Below the pieces are notes generated by a model that saw only the letters and a program-made list of their open reading frames with translations, was not told where the DNA came from and ran no database searches. Below, one piece after another: positions 14,679 through 26,269 of a stretch of DNA of 64,000 bases (its first letter is position 1; each line of letters starts with the position of its first letter). The translations under genes and the position numbers were made by a program. Source of the stretch: Entomortierella parvispora E1425. Taxonomy: Eukaryota > Fungi > Mortierellomycota. Location: NCBI GenBank assembly GCA_020891255.1, contig BQFW01000012.1, forward strand, positions 2,542,001-2,606,000, written 5' to 3'.

Positions 14679-15574
14679 ATGGCTGCCGCAACCACTTCCT
14701 CCATTGATCAGCTCCTCCCCAAGGCCACCAAGGCTCCCTCAGATGTTCTCGCCAAGGCTGCTGAGACTTCGACCGACTCATCTTTCAAGCTTCTCTACTT
14801 TGGTCTCCACGGTCGCGGTGAGATGTCTCGCACACTTTTGGCCTATGGTGGTGTCCGCTATGAGGAGATTCCCCTCCAATGGCCCGTCATGAAGGCTGAT
14901 ACACGCTTCGGATGCTTGCCGGTAAGTCTTCATTGCCCCTTTTCTTGGATCCTCGGCCATTGATGCCATGGCTTGATTTCTCAATGACACTGGCTCATGT
15001 TCTGTATTTCTTATTTTTCATTTCTTTATAACAACAGGTGCTCTACGAGACCACATCTTCTGGCACCGTCCTCCAATTGTCCGAGTCCCTCGCGATCGAG
15101 CGATACCTGGCTCGCAAGTTCAACCTCTTGGGCTCCAACGCCTGGGAGGAGCACCTTGTGAACGAATATACCAACTCGACCGAGACCTTGAGTGGCAACT
15201 TTATGAAGATCTGCTTCGTGTCTGATGAAGTCCGTCAGAAGGAGGCCGAGATCTTTTACAGAGACCACCTGACCCGTTGGGTTCAGGTCCATGAGCGTCT
15301 TTTGGCCGAGGAGGGCCAGAAGCAGAACGGACACTATGTGGGCGACAAGATCACCTTGGCCGATATCCGCACTACGGTGATGATGGACCGCGTCTTGTTC
15401 TTGGTCCCCAAGGGACAGGAGGAGACGGTGAACAAGATCTTGAACAAGGAGACCGCTCCTGGTTTGTGGAAGGTCCGCGAGACTGTTCACGCTCACCCTT
15501 TGATTGCGGCATGGAAGAAGAGCCAGCGTCACCAGGAGATTGATGCTGGCACCAAGGGTTTCTTCAAGTTCTAG
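14679..15574 (+). CDS. Glutathione S-transferase (sigma-like), intron 14922-15037
   Basis: FKLLYFGLHGRGEMSRTLLAYGG, RFGCLP|VLYET, SESLAIERYLARKF, HYVGDKITLADI; TATAAA at ~14556. Confidence 0.9.
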
Positions 15575-16854
15575 ACAAAGAAACGATGCGAGGCACCATT
15601 TTTTTTGTCAGATTTTGAAAAAAAAATAAAAAGAACTCTGCAAAAAAAAAAAAAAAGTTAATTCAATGGGCATTGGTTGGTTGGACTGCAAGCGGCGTGT
15701 TGTGGCAAAGTCTGCTGTGCTGCCTTTGGCCACGGAGAAGCAGATCGGCGAGAGATCTAGGGGAAGCAGAGAGACGTCCTGAGAAGAAGAAGAAGGTCGT
15801 TCAGGCACGCCGCACTTTTTTAAAGTTTTTTTTTTTTTTTTGATTTGTTGATCGACACGATTCGCCCGGCGTTTTCAGGCACAGAAGGACAGACAAGATC
15901 CCTGGGTCCAGCTGGACACTTTTTTTCATCTTCGAGTTCTTTTCTCTCTTTTGTTTCTTTTCCTTCTCCTTCTCTCCTCGTCCTTCATCCCTGTCATCAC
16001 CCGTTTCGGTCCTTCTTTGACGGGCAAGCTAGCCAAGTAGATGAACGAGCTCAGGAAAGCCAAAAACACAGCCTTTGCTCATTGAACCTACCTGGGTTGA
16101 TCTCTGGTCGGTCTTTCATTATTTTGTTTGACTGCCACCAAGGACACCCAACAACGCCTTAGATCCTACCGTTGGACAGCTTGTTCTTCTCGGCAAGGCA
16201 ACTGTCTCTGCATCCTTACCCATCTCCCTGTCTTCCTTTAGCTGGTTTCTGCTTGCGCTGGTTCAACAGAGCACGGTCATGAGAATCCCCAACAACAACC
16301 GATTGACCTGCGTCCTCGCTTAGGATCTTCACCTTTCTATCGCCCAGTGTGACCGGCGGTTCGACTCCACAGAATGGCGTGCCTGGTGGATTCCGATACA
16401 CGATGAACGGGTCTGCCGAATCCCTGGCCTCCGGCCTTGACTGTTCATCTGAACAACACCTCCTGGTATGATCTCTGGAAATCCACTACAGTGAATGTGA
16501 ACGTGGGCTGGAACTCGACCGTAACTGATACCAGCACCTTTGCGAGTTTGTTTTATGTCCCCAAGGTGGCCAATTCTACTGGATGGGGAGACAGAGAGCT
16601 TCGTGCTGGCGCATCTGAAGGACTAATCTGTCTACTTTGCTTAAGAGGACAATAACTTTGACCTTCATCCAACTGATCCAAGTTCCAACAATTCTCAACA
16701 ATGATAGACAGCGCTCTCATGACAAAAAAAAAAAGAAGTCCTGACCCAGTCATATCTGTGAGCGTTCGTTTGGAGGCGCGGTTTGTGCCAAAATAAACAA
16801 TAAAACGCTGCTATTTTTTGCGGCCTCTAGGATGGCATTCATCCCTTCCCTCAA

Positions 16855-18531
16855 ATGAGTTCTTTTGCCCTTCCTCCGACGCTGGCCACGATTCCCACGG
16901 AGGTCCTGGAGACACTCCTGCCATACCTCTGTCAAAACGATCTCTGCCAATGTGTCCTCACTTGTCGAGAGTGGAACAGGACCCTGATCCCATATCTCTG
17001 GCGAACCCTCGCCGTCAACTCACGCAGACAGTTCGAAGGGCTCTGCAATGACGAGGTTCAGCAGGCGCTGAAGAAGAATGGGCCATTCGTTCGTGAGCTA
17101 CAACTCGACCACAAGACGCTCTACAACCTACTTCTTCCTTTGCTGGAAACCCTCTTTTTCGAACCTGGTATCGAGGAACACGTCGCCTACAAGATCAGTC
17201 CCTTCACCCGTCTTCATACTTTGGAGTTGCACAGGATCAAAAAGTATCCAAAGAACTGTTTCGATGGAAGAATCTTTGCCTTGGTTCGTCAAAATCCTAC
17301 CATTAAGCGGTTCAAGATTAGCATGCAGATGGACCCCAACACGTTACTAGAGTTGGTGAAACAGCACATGCCCAACCTGGAGGACTTGGACCTGGATATC
17401 ACATGGCAAGGAAATGTCAAAGAGCTTTTGGAGACCCTCCCCGGGAAATTACGCACCGTACGAATCTTAGGTGTCCAACACTCTGCATCACATCAATTGG
17501 CCAAAGGCTCAAAGGCGTACTACGCGAACATGGCAGCAAGGATTGTCCGTCCACACCATGCCCTTGAGACCCTCGACATTTCTGGCTCGCTCAATGGACA
17601 GGAGGAAGATGTTTTGGTCAGGTTCTTGAAGAGTTGCAGCTCGAAACTAAGGGCATTCAAAGGCAAGGGCTTTACTTGGTGTTGTGGAAACGATGCCCTG
17701 ACCCAGGCCCTGTTAAGCATTGGTTTCGTTTTCACAGAGTTGTACATAAGTGACATTCCCTACTACATCCCCGACGATGATTTAGCCGGGATCATCTCCA
17801 ACAGACCCTGGGTTGTTCTGGAGCTGAACACGCGCCATATGAGATCTATGGCTGTCGACGCACTTGTTGAAAACTGCGACGATCTCACAGTACTCAGCCT
17901 TGTTGAACCAAGCAACTATCATCTCGCAAAAGCCTGCACACTTACAGACACGCACATGCGAATCATCGTCTCGAAAGCCAAGAATCTGAAATCCCTACAT
18001 ATCCAAAGTATCCTCATGGCGCACACGATCATGTCAAGGGATGTTTTCATGTCCGATTGGGCGACTACGACTTTGGAGCAGATTAGCTTCAAGATTGAGG
18101 TCCCACGCGTCAACATGGATGAAATAATCGATGAAGAAGATGAACCATTCCAAACCTCTCGCCACATCCAGCGGCAAGTATTTCGGCGCCTGGGACAACA
18201 CAAACACCTCAAAAAGTTGAACATCGGGGGCAAAGTTACGGATCCTTCGTCAGGGTTGTATAAAATCCAATACAATTGCCTTGAGTTGACACTGGAGGCA
18301 GGGCTGGATGAGTTGAGGGATCTCAAGAGACTGGAGGTGCTGAATGTTCGCAACATGGACCACCGCATCGGAGTGCCCGAACTTGAATGGATGGTCCATA
18401 ATTGGCCCCGACTCAACCTTGTGTTGGGCGCCCTGGAGGGTCCAGACCTGCCGAACGACAAGGTCAAGGATTGGATCGAAACCTACCGGCCTTCATGGTT
18501 GGGGAGAGGCAGTTGCGGCTACTTTCGCTGA
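16855..18531 (+). CDS. F-box/LRR (RNI-like) protein, array copy 1, intact, 558 aa
   Basis: N-terminal F-box (IPTEVLETLLPYLCQNDLCQCVLTCREWNRTLIPYLW), LxxLxL repeats, conserved C-terminal CLELTLEAGLDEL...ELEWMVHNWPRL; intronless. Confidence 0.9.
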   Translation: MSSFALPPTLATIPTEVLETLLPYLCQNDLCQCVLTCREWNRTLIPYLWRTLAVNSRRQFEGLCNDEVQQALKKNGPFVRELQLDHKTLYNLLLPLLETLFFEPGIEEHVAYKISPFTRLHTLELHRIKKYPKNCFDGRIFALVRQNPTIKRFKISMQMDPNTLLELVKQHMPNLEDLDLDITWQGNVKELLETLPGKLRTVRILGVQHSASHQLAKGSKAYYANMAARIVRPHHALETLDISGSLNGQEEDVLVRFLKSCSSKLRAFKGKGFTWCCGNDALTQALLSIGFVFTELYISDIPYYIPDDDLAGIISNRPWVVLELNTRHMRSMAVDALVENCDDLTVLSLVEPSNYHLAKACTLTDTHMRIIVSKAKNLKSLHIQSILMAHTIMSRDVFMSDWATTTLEQISFKIEVPRVNMDEIIDEEDEPFQTSRHIQRQVFRRLGQHKHLKKLNIGGKVTDPSSGLYKIQYNCLELTLEAGLDELRDLKRLEVLNVRNMDHRIGVPELEWMVHNWPRLNLVLGALEGPDLPNDKVKDWIETYRPSWLGRGSCGYFR

Positions 18532-18695
18532 GAACCATACCTTTAAAAATAAAAAAAAAGTGTCCGTGTGGACAAACCGTTTGCTCTCTTCTTTCTCTTT
18601 GTGCGACACAACCTTCGACCGACCATGATAGAATTGCTGCTGACCTCCATAAGAAGGATCGCCTCGCCAACAGAGGAATTCATCCGCCCATCAGA

Positions 18696-20394
18696 ATGAA
18701 GTTCCCCACCACCCCCGCGACATTGACCACGATTCCCCCTGAGATTCTGGAGACAATCCTGTCCGACTTCAGTCAGGGCGATCTTTACCGATGTGTTCTC
18801 GTCTCTCGAGAGTGGAGCCGAATGCTGATCCCATTCCTCTGGAGGACTCTTGCCATCTCTTCGCAGTCCCATGCCCACCGATTCAAGCGGAATGCCCGAA
18901 AGACATTGGCCAAGAATGCATTACATGTCCGCGAGCTACATCTCAGTTTCAAGGTCCTATACGAGCAGTGCCTTCCAACGACGTGACCTTCAATCTGCGA
19001 GGCAGCTTCCCTCATCCACCTGCACACTTTGGAATTGCATTATATCGTCAATCCAGGAGGCCTCTATGACGAAGGAATTGTGACCTTGGTCCGACAAAAC
19101 CCTTCCCTCAAACGCCTCAAGATCAGCACGGATATGGAATGCAACAAGTTGCTGCAGATGGTGACAGAGTACATGCCAAGTCTGGAAGACTTTGATCTAG
19201 ACACATTTGTGGCAAGGAGATGCCAAACTGTTTCTCGAGAACCTCCGCGAGGGCATACGCACTATACGAATGAAGTGGCTCCGTCACTTGAAATCATCGC
19301 AGCCGGTCCAAGGATTGAAATCCGACGACGCGAACATAGCGACAAGGAAAGTGCGTTCCCATCGTGCCCTCGAGTCTTTCGTTATCGATGGCATGCTCTT
19401 TGAAGAAGAAGAAGAAGAAGAAAAAGACGTTTTGTTCGAGTTCCTGAAGAGCTGTAGCTCTGAACTACACACACTCGGTGGCCTGGTCCCTACTTGGGGC
19501 ATCGAACATGTTGCTATTACCGAAGCCCTGAAAAGCATTGGCTTCATTTGGAAAGAGTTGCGTCGGGAAGCATTGTCGCCTGATGAGCCGGACGGCCGCG
19601 TTGCGTATTTTATCGCCAACTATCCTTTGACCCTCATTGACGCGCACGCGCAAAATGTGGGACCCATGTCTGTCGGAGCACTTCTGGAGAACTGTGACAA
19701 CCTCACCGTGTTCAGCATTGTGGGAAGCGGAACCACTGCCCTCACGGGAGCACACATGCAGACCATCCTGTCCAGGGCCAGGCATTCAAAATTTTGTCAG
19801 GTTCATGGCATCGTCGACACCCACATGATCTCTGCAAGAAATATCCTCATGTCCGAGTGGGCAAGTACGACTTTGGAGCACCTTGAATTCAAGATTGAAG
19901 TCCCTCGCGTTCATGACGAAGAAATCGCGGATGGGGAAGATCAAGCTGTGGCCATCTTGAACTCTCGCGACGTCCAGCGAAAACTCCTTCAACGCCTGGG
20001 ACAGCAAAAGCAACTGAAGACGCTCGCCTTAGGAGGCATGGTTATAACGCCTATCACGGGACAGCCTGGGAACCAACGCAATTGCCTTGAGTTCTCTCTG
20101 GAGGCTGGACTGGACGAGCTGGAAGATCTCAAGAAGCTTGAGTTGTTGGAAATCCACCACATGGACCACCCTGTTGGGTTACCGGAGCTCGAATGGATGG
20201 CTGAAAATTGGCCTCGATCCGTTAGAGTTAGACGTTAGTTCTTGAATAGCGAACCATCCAATTTTGTGGGGCTGAGACGAGGGTGGTTACACTCATTGCC
20301 CGTAGATTCACCTTCCGAGCATTAGGTCCAGGTTTGGATAGCCACTCACCAAGTCTTATGGTTGAGAGGCGGTGGTAGCAGCTGCCATTCCTGA
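18696..20394 (+). pseudogene. F-box/LRR pseudogene, array copy 2
   Basis: ATG at 18696; in-frame TGA at 18984-18986; +1 frameshift at ~19206; extra sequence at ~20220-20305 before a degenerate 3' end (VQVWIATHQ..W) ending ~20394. Confidence 0.85.
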
Positions 20395-20428
20395 AAATAA
20401 AATAAGACGTATCATGACGCTGTAGCAG

Positions 20429-20459
<31 letters not shown>

Positions 20460-20781
20460 CAATGTTGGTGCTTCAAACGAGAGGATGCAGGAGGCGCAAG
20501 GGTTGCTTCTTGTAGCTGGAGAACGTGTCCAGCTTCCATGGATGGATAAACATATGACCCGCATCGCTGACACTGGTGAGCTTGAGCACCACGAACTACA
20601 GTTTCGACTCTGATGTACGAACAGCAAAGCAGAATAATGAGCACCCTTCATCCAACGCTCTGCAGATACAGTCAGAGTGACTCTTGGATCCATCTGTGTA
20701 TCGAGGCGCAGTTTGTGCTCAATCGACAATAAAAAAGCGTTCCAATGAGCCTCCCTGGAAAACCATTCACCTGCTCCTCAA

Positions 20782-22479
20782 ATGAATTCTTTCACCTATC
20801 CCCTAACGCTGGTCACGGTTCCCATGGAGACCCTTGAGGTCATCCTTCCATACCTAAGTCAAAAGGATCTTTGTCATTGTGCCCTCGTTTCTCGAGAATG
20901 GAACAAGGTTCTGACTCCTTTCCTCTGGCAGACCATCACCATCCCTCCAAGCATCACCATCCGTTTAAACAAGCAAGCCGATATTTTCTCCAAGGATGAG
21001 ATCCAGCAGGCGTTCAACAGGAATGCGTCGTTTGTTCGTGTGCTACATCTCGTCCTTAAATCGATGTATGAACAGTTTCTCCCAACACTGGATACCGTCT
21101 CTTTAGATCCTAGAGTGGGCGACAGCAGGATCTACAAAACAGGACTCCTCTCCAACCTGCACACACTGGAATTGCACCATATCCATATCCAGCCGGGCGA
21201 GAAAACCTTGCTGGAAGAGAGAGTCTTTGCCTTGGTTCGTCAAAACCCCTTGATCAAACGCTTCAAGATCAGCCTGAACATGGACGACCAGGCGTTGGTA
21301 CAACTGGTCACAGAGTACATGCCAAACCTGGAGGACTTTGAGCTGGACATGCAATGGCAAGGAAACCTGAAAGAGTTTCTTGAGAACCTTCCGGAGAGTA
21401 TTCGCAAGGTGCGAATGCTGAGTGCCCTTCACGTGGAGCCGGAACCACAGGCCCAAACCCCGACAATGGACGGCGCAAGCGCCATGGCAAGGAAAGTTCG
21501 CTCCCATCGCGCCCTTGAGTCTTTTATCATCTCTGAGACGATCGAGGGACGGAAAGAAGACGTTTTTGTCAGGTTTTTGCAGAGTTGTAGCTCCAAACTA
21601 AGGGTATTCGAGGGCATCGGAGCAATGTGGTGTCCCGAAAACAAAGCAATTGCTCAGGCTCTATCGAGCCTTGGTTTTGTTTGGACAGCGTTGCGCAAAG
21701 ATGATCTCCCGTATAATATACCCGACGAGGATACAGCCAGGATCGTTACCAGCAGTCCTTTGACTGTGATTGAGTTGTTCACACAACATTTGCGATCCAT
21801 GACCGTCAAAGCTCTTATCGAGAAATGCGATAATCTTACAACACTCGGCATTGTTGAGGCTAGGGCTGATACTCCCGAAGGCACCTCCGCATTCACAGGC
21901 GCGACTATACAAACAATCTTGTCCAAGGTTAAGAATCTGAAATCCCTCTATGTCCACAGTCCCCTCAAAGCCCATAGGATGATTGCAGAGGATATTCTCG
22001 TGTCCGAGTGGGCAACCACCACTTTGGAGTACCTTGTTGTCAAGATTGATACTCCACGCGTCTATGAACATACAACGGATGAGGACGAAGGGGCGGTAGA
22101 CATTCAAAGATCAAGGGAAATCCAACGATCGCTTCTTCGTCGCCTGGGACAGCAAAAACACCTCAAGGGCTTAGTGATTGGTGGTGGGGTTGTATCAGAT
22201 AGCACAGGGAATTACGAGAACCAGCGCGACTGCCTTGAGCTTTCATTGGAGGCAGGACTGGACGAGTTGAAGGATCTCAACAGACTGGAGTTGTTGAGAG
22301 TTCACAACATGTACCATCGTATCGGAGTGCCGGAACTTGAGTGGATGGTCCAAAATTGGCCCCAAATCAACCATGTGTTCGGGGTGGTGGGTCCTGAGCG
22401 GCCGAGCGATGAGGTGAAAGACTGGATTGCAACTCACCGACCTTCGTGGCTGACAGGAGGCATTTGGCATTCGCGTTGA
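20782..22479 (+). CDS. F-box/LRR protein, array copy 3, intact, 565 aa
   Basis: F-box VPMETLEVILPYLSQKDLCHCALVSREWNKVLTPFLW, LRRs and conserved C-terminal block; intronless. Confidence 0.9.
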   Translation: MNSFTYPLTLVTVPMETLEVILPYLSQKDLCHCALVSREWNKVLTPFLWQTITIPPSITIRLNKQADIFSKDEIQQAFNRNASFVRVLHLVLKSMYEQFLPTLDTVSLDPRVGDSRIYKTGLLSNLHTLELHHIHIQPGEKTLLEERVFALVRQNPLIKRFKISLNMDDQALVQLVTEYMPNLEDFELDMQWQGNLKEFLENLPESIRKVRMLSALHVEPEPQAQTPTMDGASAMARKVRSHRALESFIISETIEGRKEDVFVRFLQSCSSKLRVFEGIGAMWCPENKAIAQALSSLGFVWTALRKDDLPYNIPDEDTARIVTSSPLTVIELFTQHLRSMTVKALIEKCDNLTTLGIVEARADTPEGTSAFTGATIQTILSKVKNLKSLYVHSPLKAHRMIAEDILVSEWATTTLEYLVVKIDTPRVYEHTTDEDEGAVDIQRSREIQRSLLRRLGQQKHLKGLVIGGGVVSDSTGNYENQRDCLELSLEAGLDELKDLNRLELLRVHNMYHRIGVPELEWMVQNWPQINHVFGVVGPERPSDEVKDWIATHRPSWLTGGIWHSR

Positions 22480-22632
22480 GTCCTAGTTACCAATAAAAGT
22501 GTCCACCTGGGCAAACCCGTTTGCCTTTTCTTTGTGCGACATGACCTTCGACCTGGCAGCCATGATGGAGTTGCTCTTGATCTCCATGAAGAATGATCGC
22601 CTTGCCAACGGAGAATCTCAATCGCCCATTGA

Positions 22633-22860
22633 ATGAATACCCTCACCACTCCTGCTGACGCCCCTTCAGCAGAGAGGTCAGTTCTTGGATTACAACCTAT
22701 CCGCCATGGTGGGTATAAGACGAGTGTGGATGCCGCCGTTACCTATAGATAAATAATCCTTCGCTGCCCTAAAGAGCCCATTGTCCTGGCTGTCCTCGGC
22801 TTGATTCCAGCAGACCACCAAACCACATGGCCGAAAGACGGTTGTAGCTGCTGTTCTTCA
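22633..22860 (+). pseudogene. Collapsed F-box/LRR relic (5' end fused to 3' end)
   Basis: Upstream 22490-22632 aligns with 18545-18695 (copy-2 promoter); ~9 N-terminal codons are followed out of frame by a C-terminal-like EVSSWITTYPPWW*; a second 3'-end-like segment at ~22795-22860 aligns with ~20330-20400. Confidence 0.6.
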
Positions 22861-23304
22861 GAATAAAATGAGACCGATCACGGCTTTTTTTTTTTTTTTT
22901 TTTTTTTTGCCTTGAACGAGAGGATGCAGGACACCAAGCCCACAAATTGAGACGGAGCCATTGAATGAACAATGTCATCAAGGAGCAGGGGTTGTCTCGT
23001 CATAGCTAAATTGCAGAACGTGCCCATCTGTCATTGAAGGATAAACATGCTGAGTCGCATCAATATGCTTGGGTAGCACAGGCTATAATCTCGACTGCAA
23101 AGAGCATGGCAAACCCAGAGTTTCGCCGCAAGTCGACAATGGAAGAACCAATGCCCTCAAGTCAACGCTGTGGAGACGCAGTCGTAGTGATCTTTGGATT
23201 CATCTGTGAGCACTAGTGTGGAGGCGCAGTTTGCGCACGATGGAGAATAAAAAGAGATCGCATGCAAGCGACTTCCAGGAAAACCATACACTTAGTTCCT
23301 CAAA

Positions 23305-24936
23305 ATGAATTCTTTCACCTCCCCCCCAACGTTGGTCACGGTTCCCACGGAGATCCTTGAGGCCATCCTTCCATACCTAAGCCAGAATGATCTTTGTCAT
23401 TGTGCCTTAGTCTCTCAAGAGTGGAGCAGGACTTTGACCCCTTACCTCTGGAAAACCATCGCCACCCGTTCGCGCAAAAAAGCGGACCGATTCTGTAGGA
23501 ATGAGTCCCAACAGGCATTGAAAAGCAACGCAACATTGGTCCGCGAGTTGCATCTCATTCACAAGTCAATGTACGAACTGTTTCTCCCGTCACTGAAAGT
23601 CATCTTTTCCGAGCCTGGTGTGGGCGAGCACAAGATGTACACCACAGGACCTCTCACCAGTCTACACACCTTGGAGTTACACAGCCTCAGGCATCCAAGA
23701 GACTCACTCGATGGAAGAATTCTCGCTCTTGTTCGTCAAAATCCTTCCATAAAACGTCTCCAGCTCGGTATTCGGATGGACGCAAACATGGTTATGCAGA
23801 TAGTGACGCGGTACTTGCCAAATCTGGAGGAACTTGATCTGTACCCACTGTGGCGGGGCAATCTCAAAGAGCTCTTGGAGAATCTTCCCGAGGGGATCCG
23901 CACTGTGAAATTGAGAGATATCAGACATATAGCACCACAGCCGTCGACTACAGTCTCTGGAGAGGATACCACAAATCCAGTTGGAAAGGCCGTTCGCCCT
24001 CATCGTTCCCTTGAAACTCTCCAGATCAATGGCTACCTCAACGAATGTGAGGAGGAGGTTTTGATCGAGTTCCTGGAGAGCTGCAGCTCCAAACTAAAGT
24101 CCATCAGCGGCATGGGATCCACCTGGCAGATCGGAACTCCGGCCATTTTCCAAGCATTGTCGAAAATTGGCTTTGTTTGGACAGAGTTATCCCCCAAAGA
24201 TATGGCGCGTTTTGATTCCGACACGAATGTTGCCGGCCTTATCGCCAACAACTCTTGGACCGTCATTGAGATGTACCTTCAGAATCTGGGATCGGCCTCT
24301 GTCCAGGCTCTTGTCGAGAACTGTAACAATCTTACGGTGCTCAATATCATGGAGGGCGGTAACTCGGCGTTCACAGGTGTACACATGCAAACCATCTTAT
24401 CCAAGGCCAGGAACTTGAAGATGCTTCAAGCGCACTGGCTCCTTGAGGCCAACAAGATCTGCGCGGCAGATATTTTCATGTCCGAGTGGGCAACCACTTC
24501 GTTGGAGCACATTGATTTTAAGATTGATGTCCCACGCGTCTATGATGAAGATATAACCGAGGACGACAATCAGGCGGTGGCTATCCAGGAGTCTCGAAAC
24601 ACTCAGCGGCGTGTTCTCCGACGCTTGGGGCAACAAAGACAAATGAAGAAATTGATTGTTGGTGGCATGGCCACAACCCCTAGCACAGGAGTATTCGGAC
24701 ACCAACGTAACTGCCTGGAGTTTACACTGGAGGCTGGACTGTACGAATTGAAAGACCTCAAGAACCTTGAACTCTTAGATATTCACCATATGGACCACCG
24801 TGTTGGAGTACTAGATCTTGAGTGGATGAAAGAGAATTGGCCCCAGGTCAACACTGTCGTGGGCATGCGAGATTCCCTTCACCCGAGCGAACAACGGAAT
24901 AACTGGTTGACGATAAATCGACCCTCGTGGGGGTGA
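23305..24936 (+). CDS. F-box/LRR protein, array copy, intact, 543 aa
   Basis: F-box VPTEILEAILPYLSQNDLCHCALVSQEWSRTLTPYLW, LRRs and conserved C-terminal block. Confidence 0.9.
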   Translation: MNSFTSPPTLVTVPTEILEAILPYLSQNDLCHCALVSQEWSRTLTPYLWKTIATRSRKKADRFCRNESQQALKSNATLVRELHLIHKSMYELFLPSLKVIFSEPGVGEHKMYTTGPLTSLHTLELHSLRHPRDSLDGRILALVRQNPSIKRLQLGIRMDANMVMQIVTRYLPNLEELDLYPLWRGNLKELLENLPEGIRTVKLRDIRHIAPQPSTTVSGEDTTNPVGKAVRPHRSLETLQINGYLNECEEEVLIEFLESCSSKLKSISGMGSTWQIGTPAIFQALSKIGFVWTELSPKDMARFDSDTNVAGLIANNSWTVIEMYLQNLGSASVQALVENCNNLTVLNIMEGGNSAFTGVHMQTILSKARNLKMLQAHWLLEANKICAADIFMSEWATTSLEHIDFKIDVPRVYDEDITEDDNQAVAIQESRNTQRRVLRRLGQQRQMKKLIVGGMATTPSTGVFGHQRNCLEFTLEAGLYELKDLKNLELLDIHHMDHRVGVLDLEWMKENWPQVNTVVGMRDSLHPSEQRNNWLTINRPSWG

Positions 24937-25185
24937 GGTGGGTATGGTTGCTCATCATTCAATAAAAACTTGTTTCCTCAACGCCCATGAGTTTCCACGC
25001 ACAGAAATGTTCGGAAAAGAAGTGGGTTGGCCAATCGCAACATCCCCCCCCCCCCGTCGCTTCATCACTTTAGCCATGCTCGATGACTCCAGGTGCCATC
25101 ATTGTCAAAAAAAAAAAAAAAAAAAAAAAGAAAAAAAGGAGGTAGTAGTTCAACGACGATGGAGACCTTTCAGGAAATGCTCGAA

Positions 25186-25385
25186 GAGGCGTAGTTTGTA
25201 GGCAATGGACAGTATATAATAAAACCTTACGCTCTGCACTTTCCCTCACATTTCGCCTTTATTCCCACAACTCCGGGACGGCCTCCACAGAGACGCAATC
25301 TCGCCAATCTCGGGAAGGGAGATCTTTGTCTTCATATGGTTGTATCTCGAGAGTGAAATTCCTTTAACTCTGGCAGGAAGTTAGC
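25186..25385 (+). pseudogene. Highly decayed F-box relic with retained promoter
   Basis: GAGGCGTAGTT plus TATATAATAAAA, then gatctttgtc...gtatctcgagagTGA matching the DLC..VSREW codons with Trp changed to stop. Confidence 0.5.
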
Positions 25386-25625
25386 AACTCTCCAGGGGTC
25401 CATCATTCATTCATGACCCTATCTCGGCCACAATTGGATTCAAGCGCAAGCCTCCCAACGAAGAGAGTTGTGTGGCAAGATCAAGTCTAGTCAAGAAATT
25501 GGAAGGCTCCAAAGCGCCATGGTCCATTGCGGAACTTATCAGTGTTTCCAATCCCAAGCAAAAGCTAGTCGTGGGCAAAACGTTCACTGTATTTCGCGCA
25601 TAGCTATTTTCTAATCCATAGATAG

Positions 25626-25940
25626 CTACGAGAAAATGACGCTCCTGACTTTGAGTCTTTCTCCTGCTTTTTTGGACGGTCCCAGTACGTAGTACACATC
25701 TCCGTCACAGTGTTCTTCAAGAAAAACTATGGCAGTCGCAGGGGTGTCGTTTGAAGGCGAGTGCCCTGGGCTTTCAGTGGTATCTGGCAGATTAATGCAC
25801 TTGCCGCTTTCAGGGTCGACCAACGTCTTGAGTTCACCTTCGTCTGTTTGGTAGGTGAAAGTGCCTGTAGTGGCAGCAGCACACAACGCATTGAAGATGG
25901 CAAAGCCAACAACGGAGAGAATGCCTGACCTAGCTCGCAT
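25626..25940 (-). CDS. Small secreted protein (104 aa, signal peptide, one Cys pair in the mature part)
   Basis: MRARSGILSVVGFAIFNALCAAA signal-like N-terminus; mature ATTGTFTY...GKCINLP...ATAIVFLEEHCDGDVYYVL...RSVIFS*; putative 5'UTR intron 25963-26069 (GTAAGT..TTCTAG). Confidence 0.75.
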   Translation of the reverse strand: MRARSGILSVVGFAIFNALCAAATTGTFTYQTDEGELKTLVDPESGKCINLPDTTESPGHSPSNDTPATAIVFLEEHCDGDVYYVLGPSKKAGERLKVRSVIFS

Positions 25941-26269
25941 GGTTGTCTTTCGTCTGAGATTTCTAGAAGAAAATAATGACAATTGTTGAATACAAGAAAA
26001 GTGTGAATACCAAAGTCTCTCGATATGTTTCCCTGCGAGGAGTTCTGGGTTCTATAAGGATCAACTTACCTTGAAGGAGTCGTTAAGTTTGGGTATGGAG
26101 GGCGGGGAGGAAGGCCAGATGAATGAAAAAAAATGGAAAGACGGAAGAGCCATTTTTATTTCCACAGTCTGCACCTCCATCAAGTTTGCACCTCCATGAA
26201 GCAGGCAGTCGGCAAGGATAAGGGACACATCCAGGAGGTGCGGTAAAGATTTTCAGGGCAGGCACAAGA

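Noticed and set aside
16358-16368. GGTTCGACTCC, a tRNA T-loop/B-box-like sequence
   Set aside because: The flanking bases do not form a full 5-bp T-stem, and no A-box, anticodon arm or acceptor stem is evident
20221-20238. TTAG-repeat-like run as an interstitial telomere
   Set aside because: Only three degenerate units with no TTAGGG
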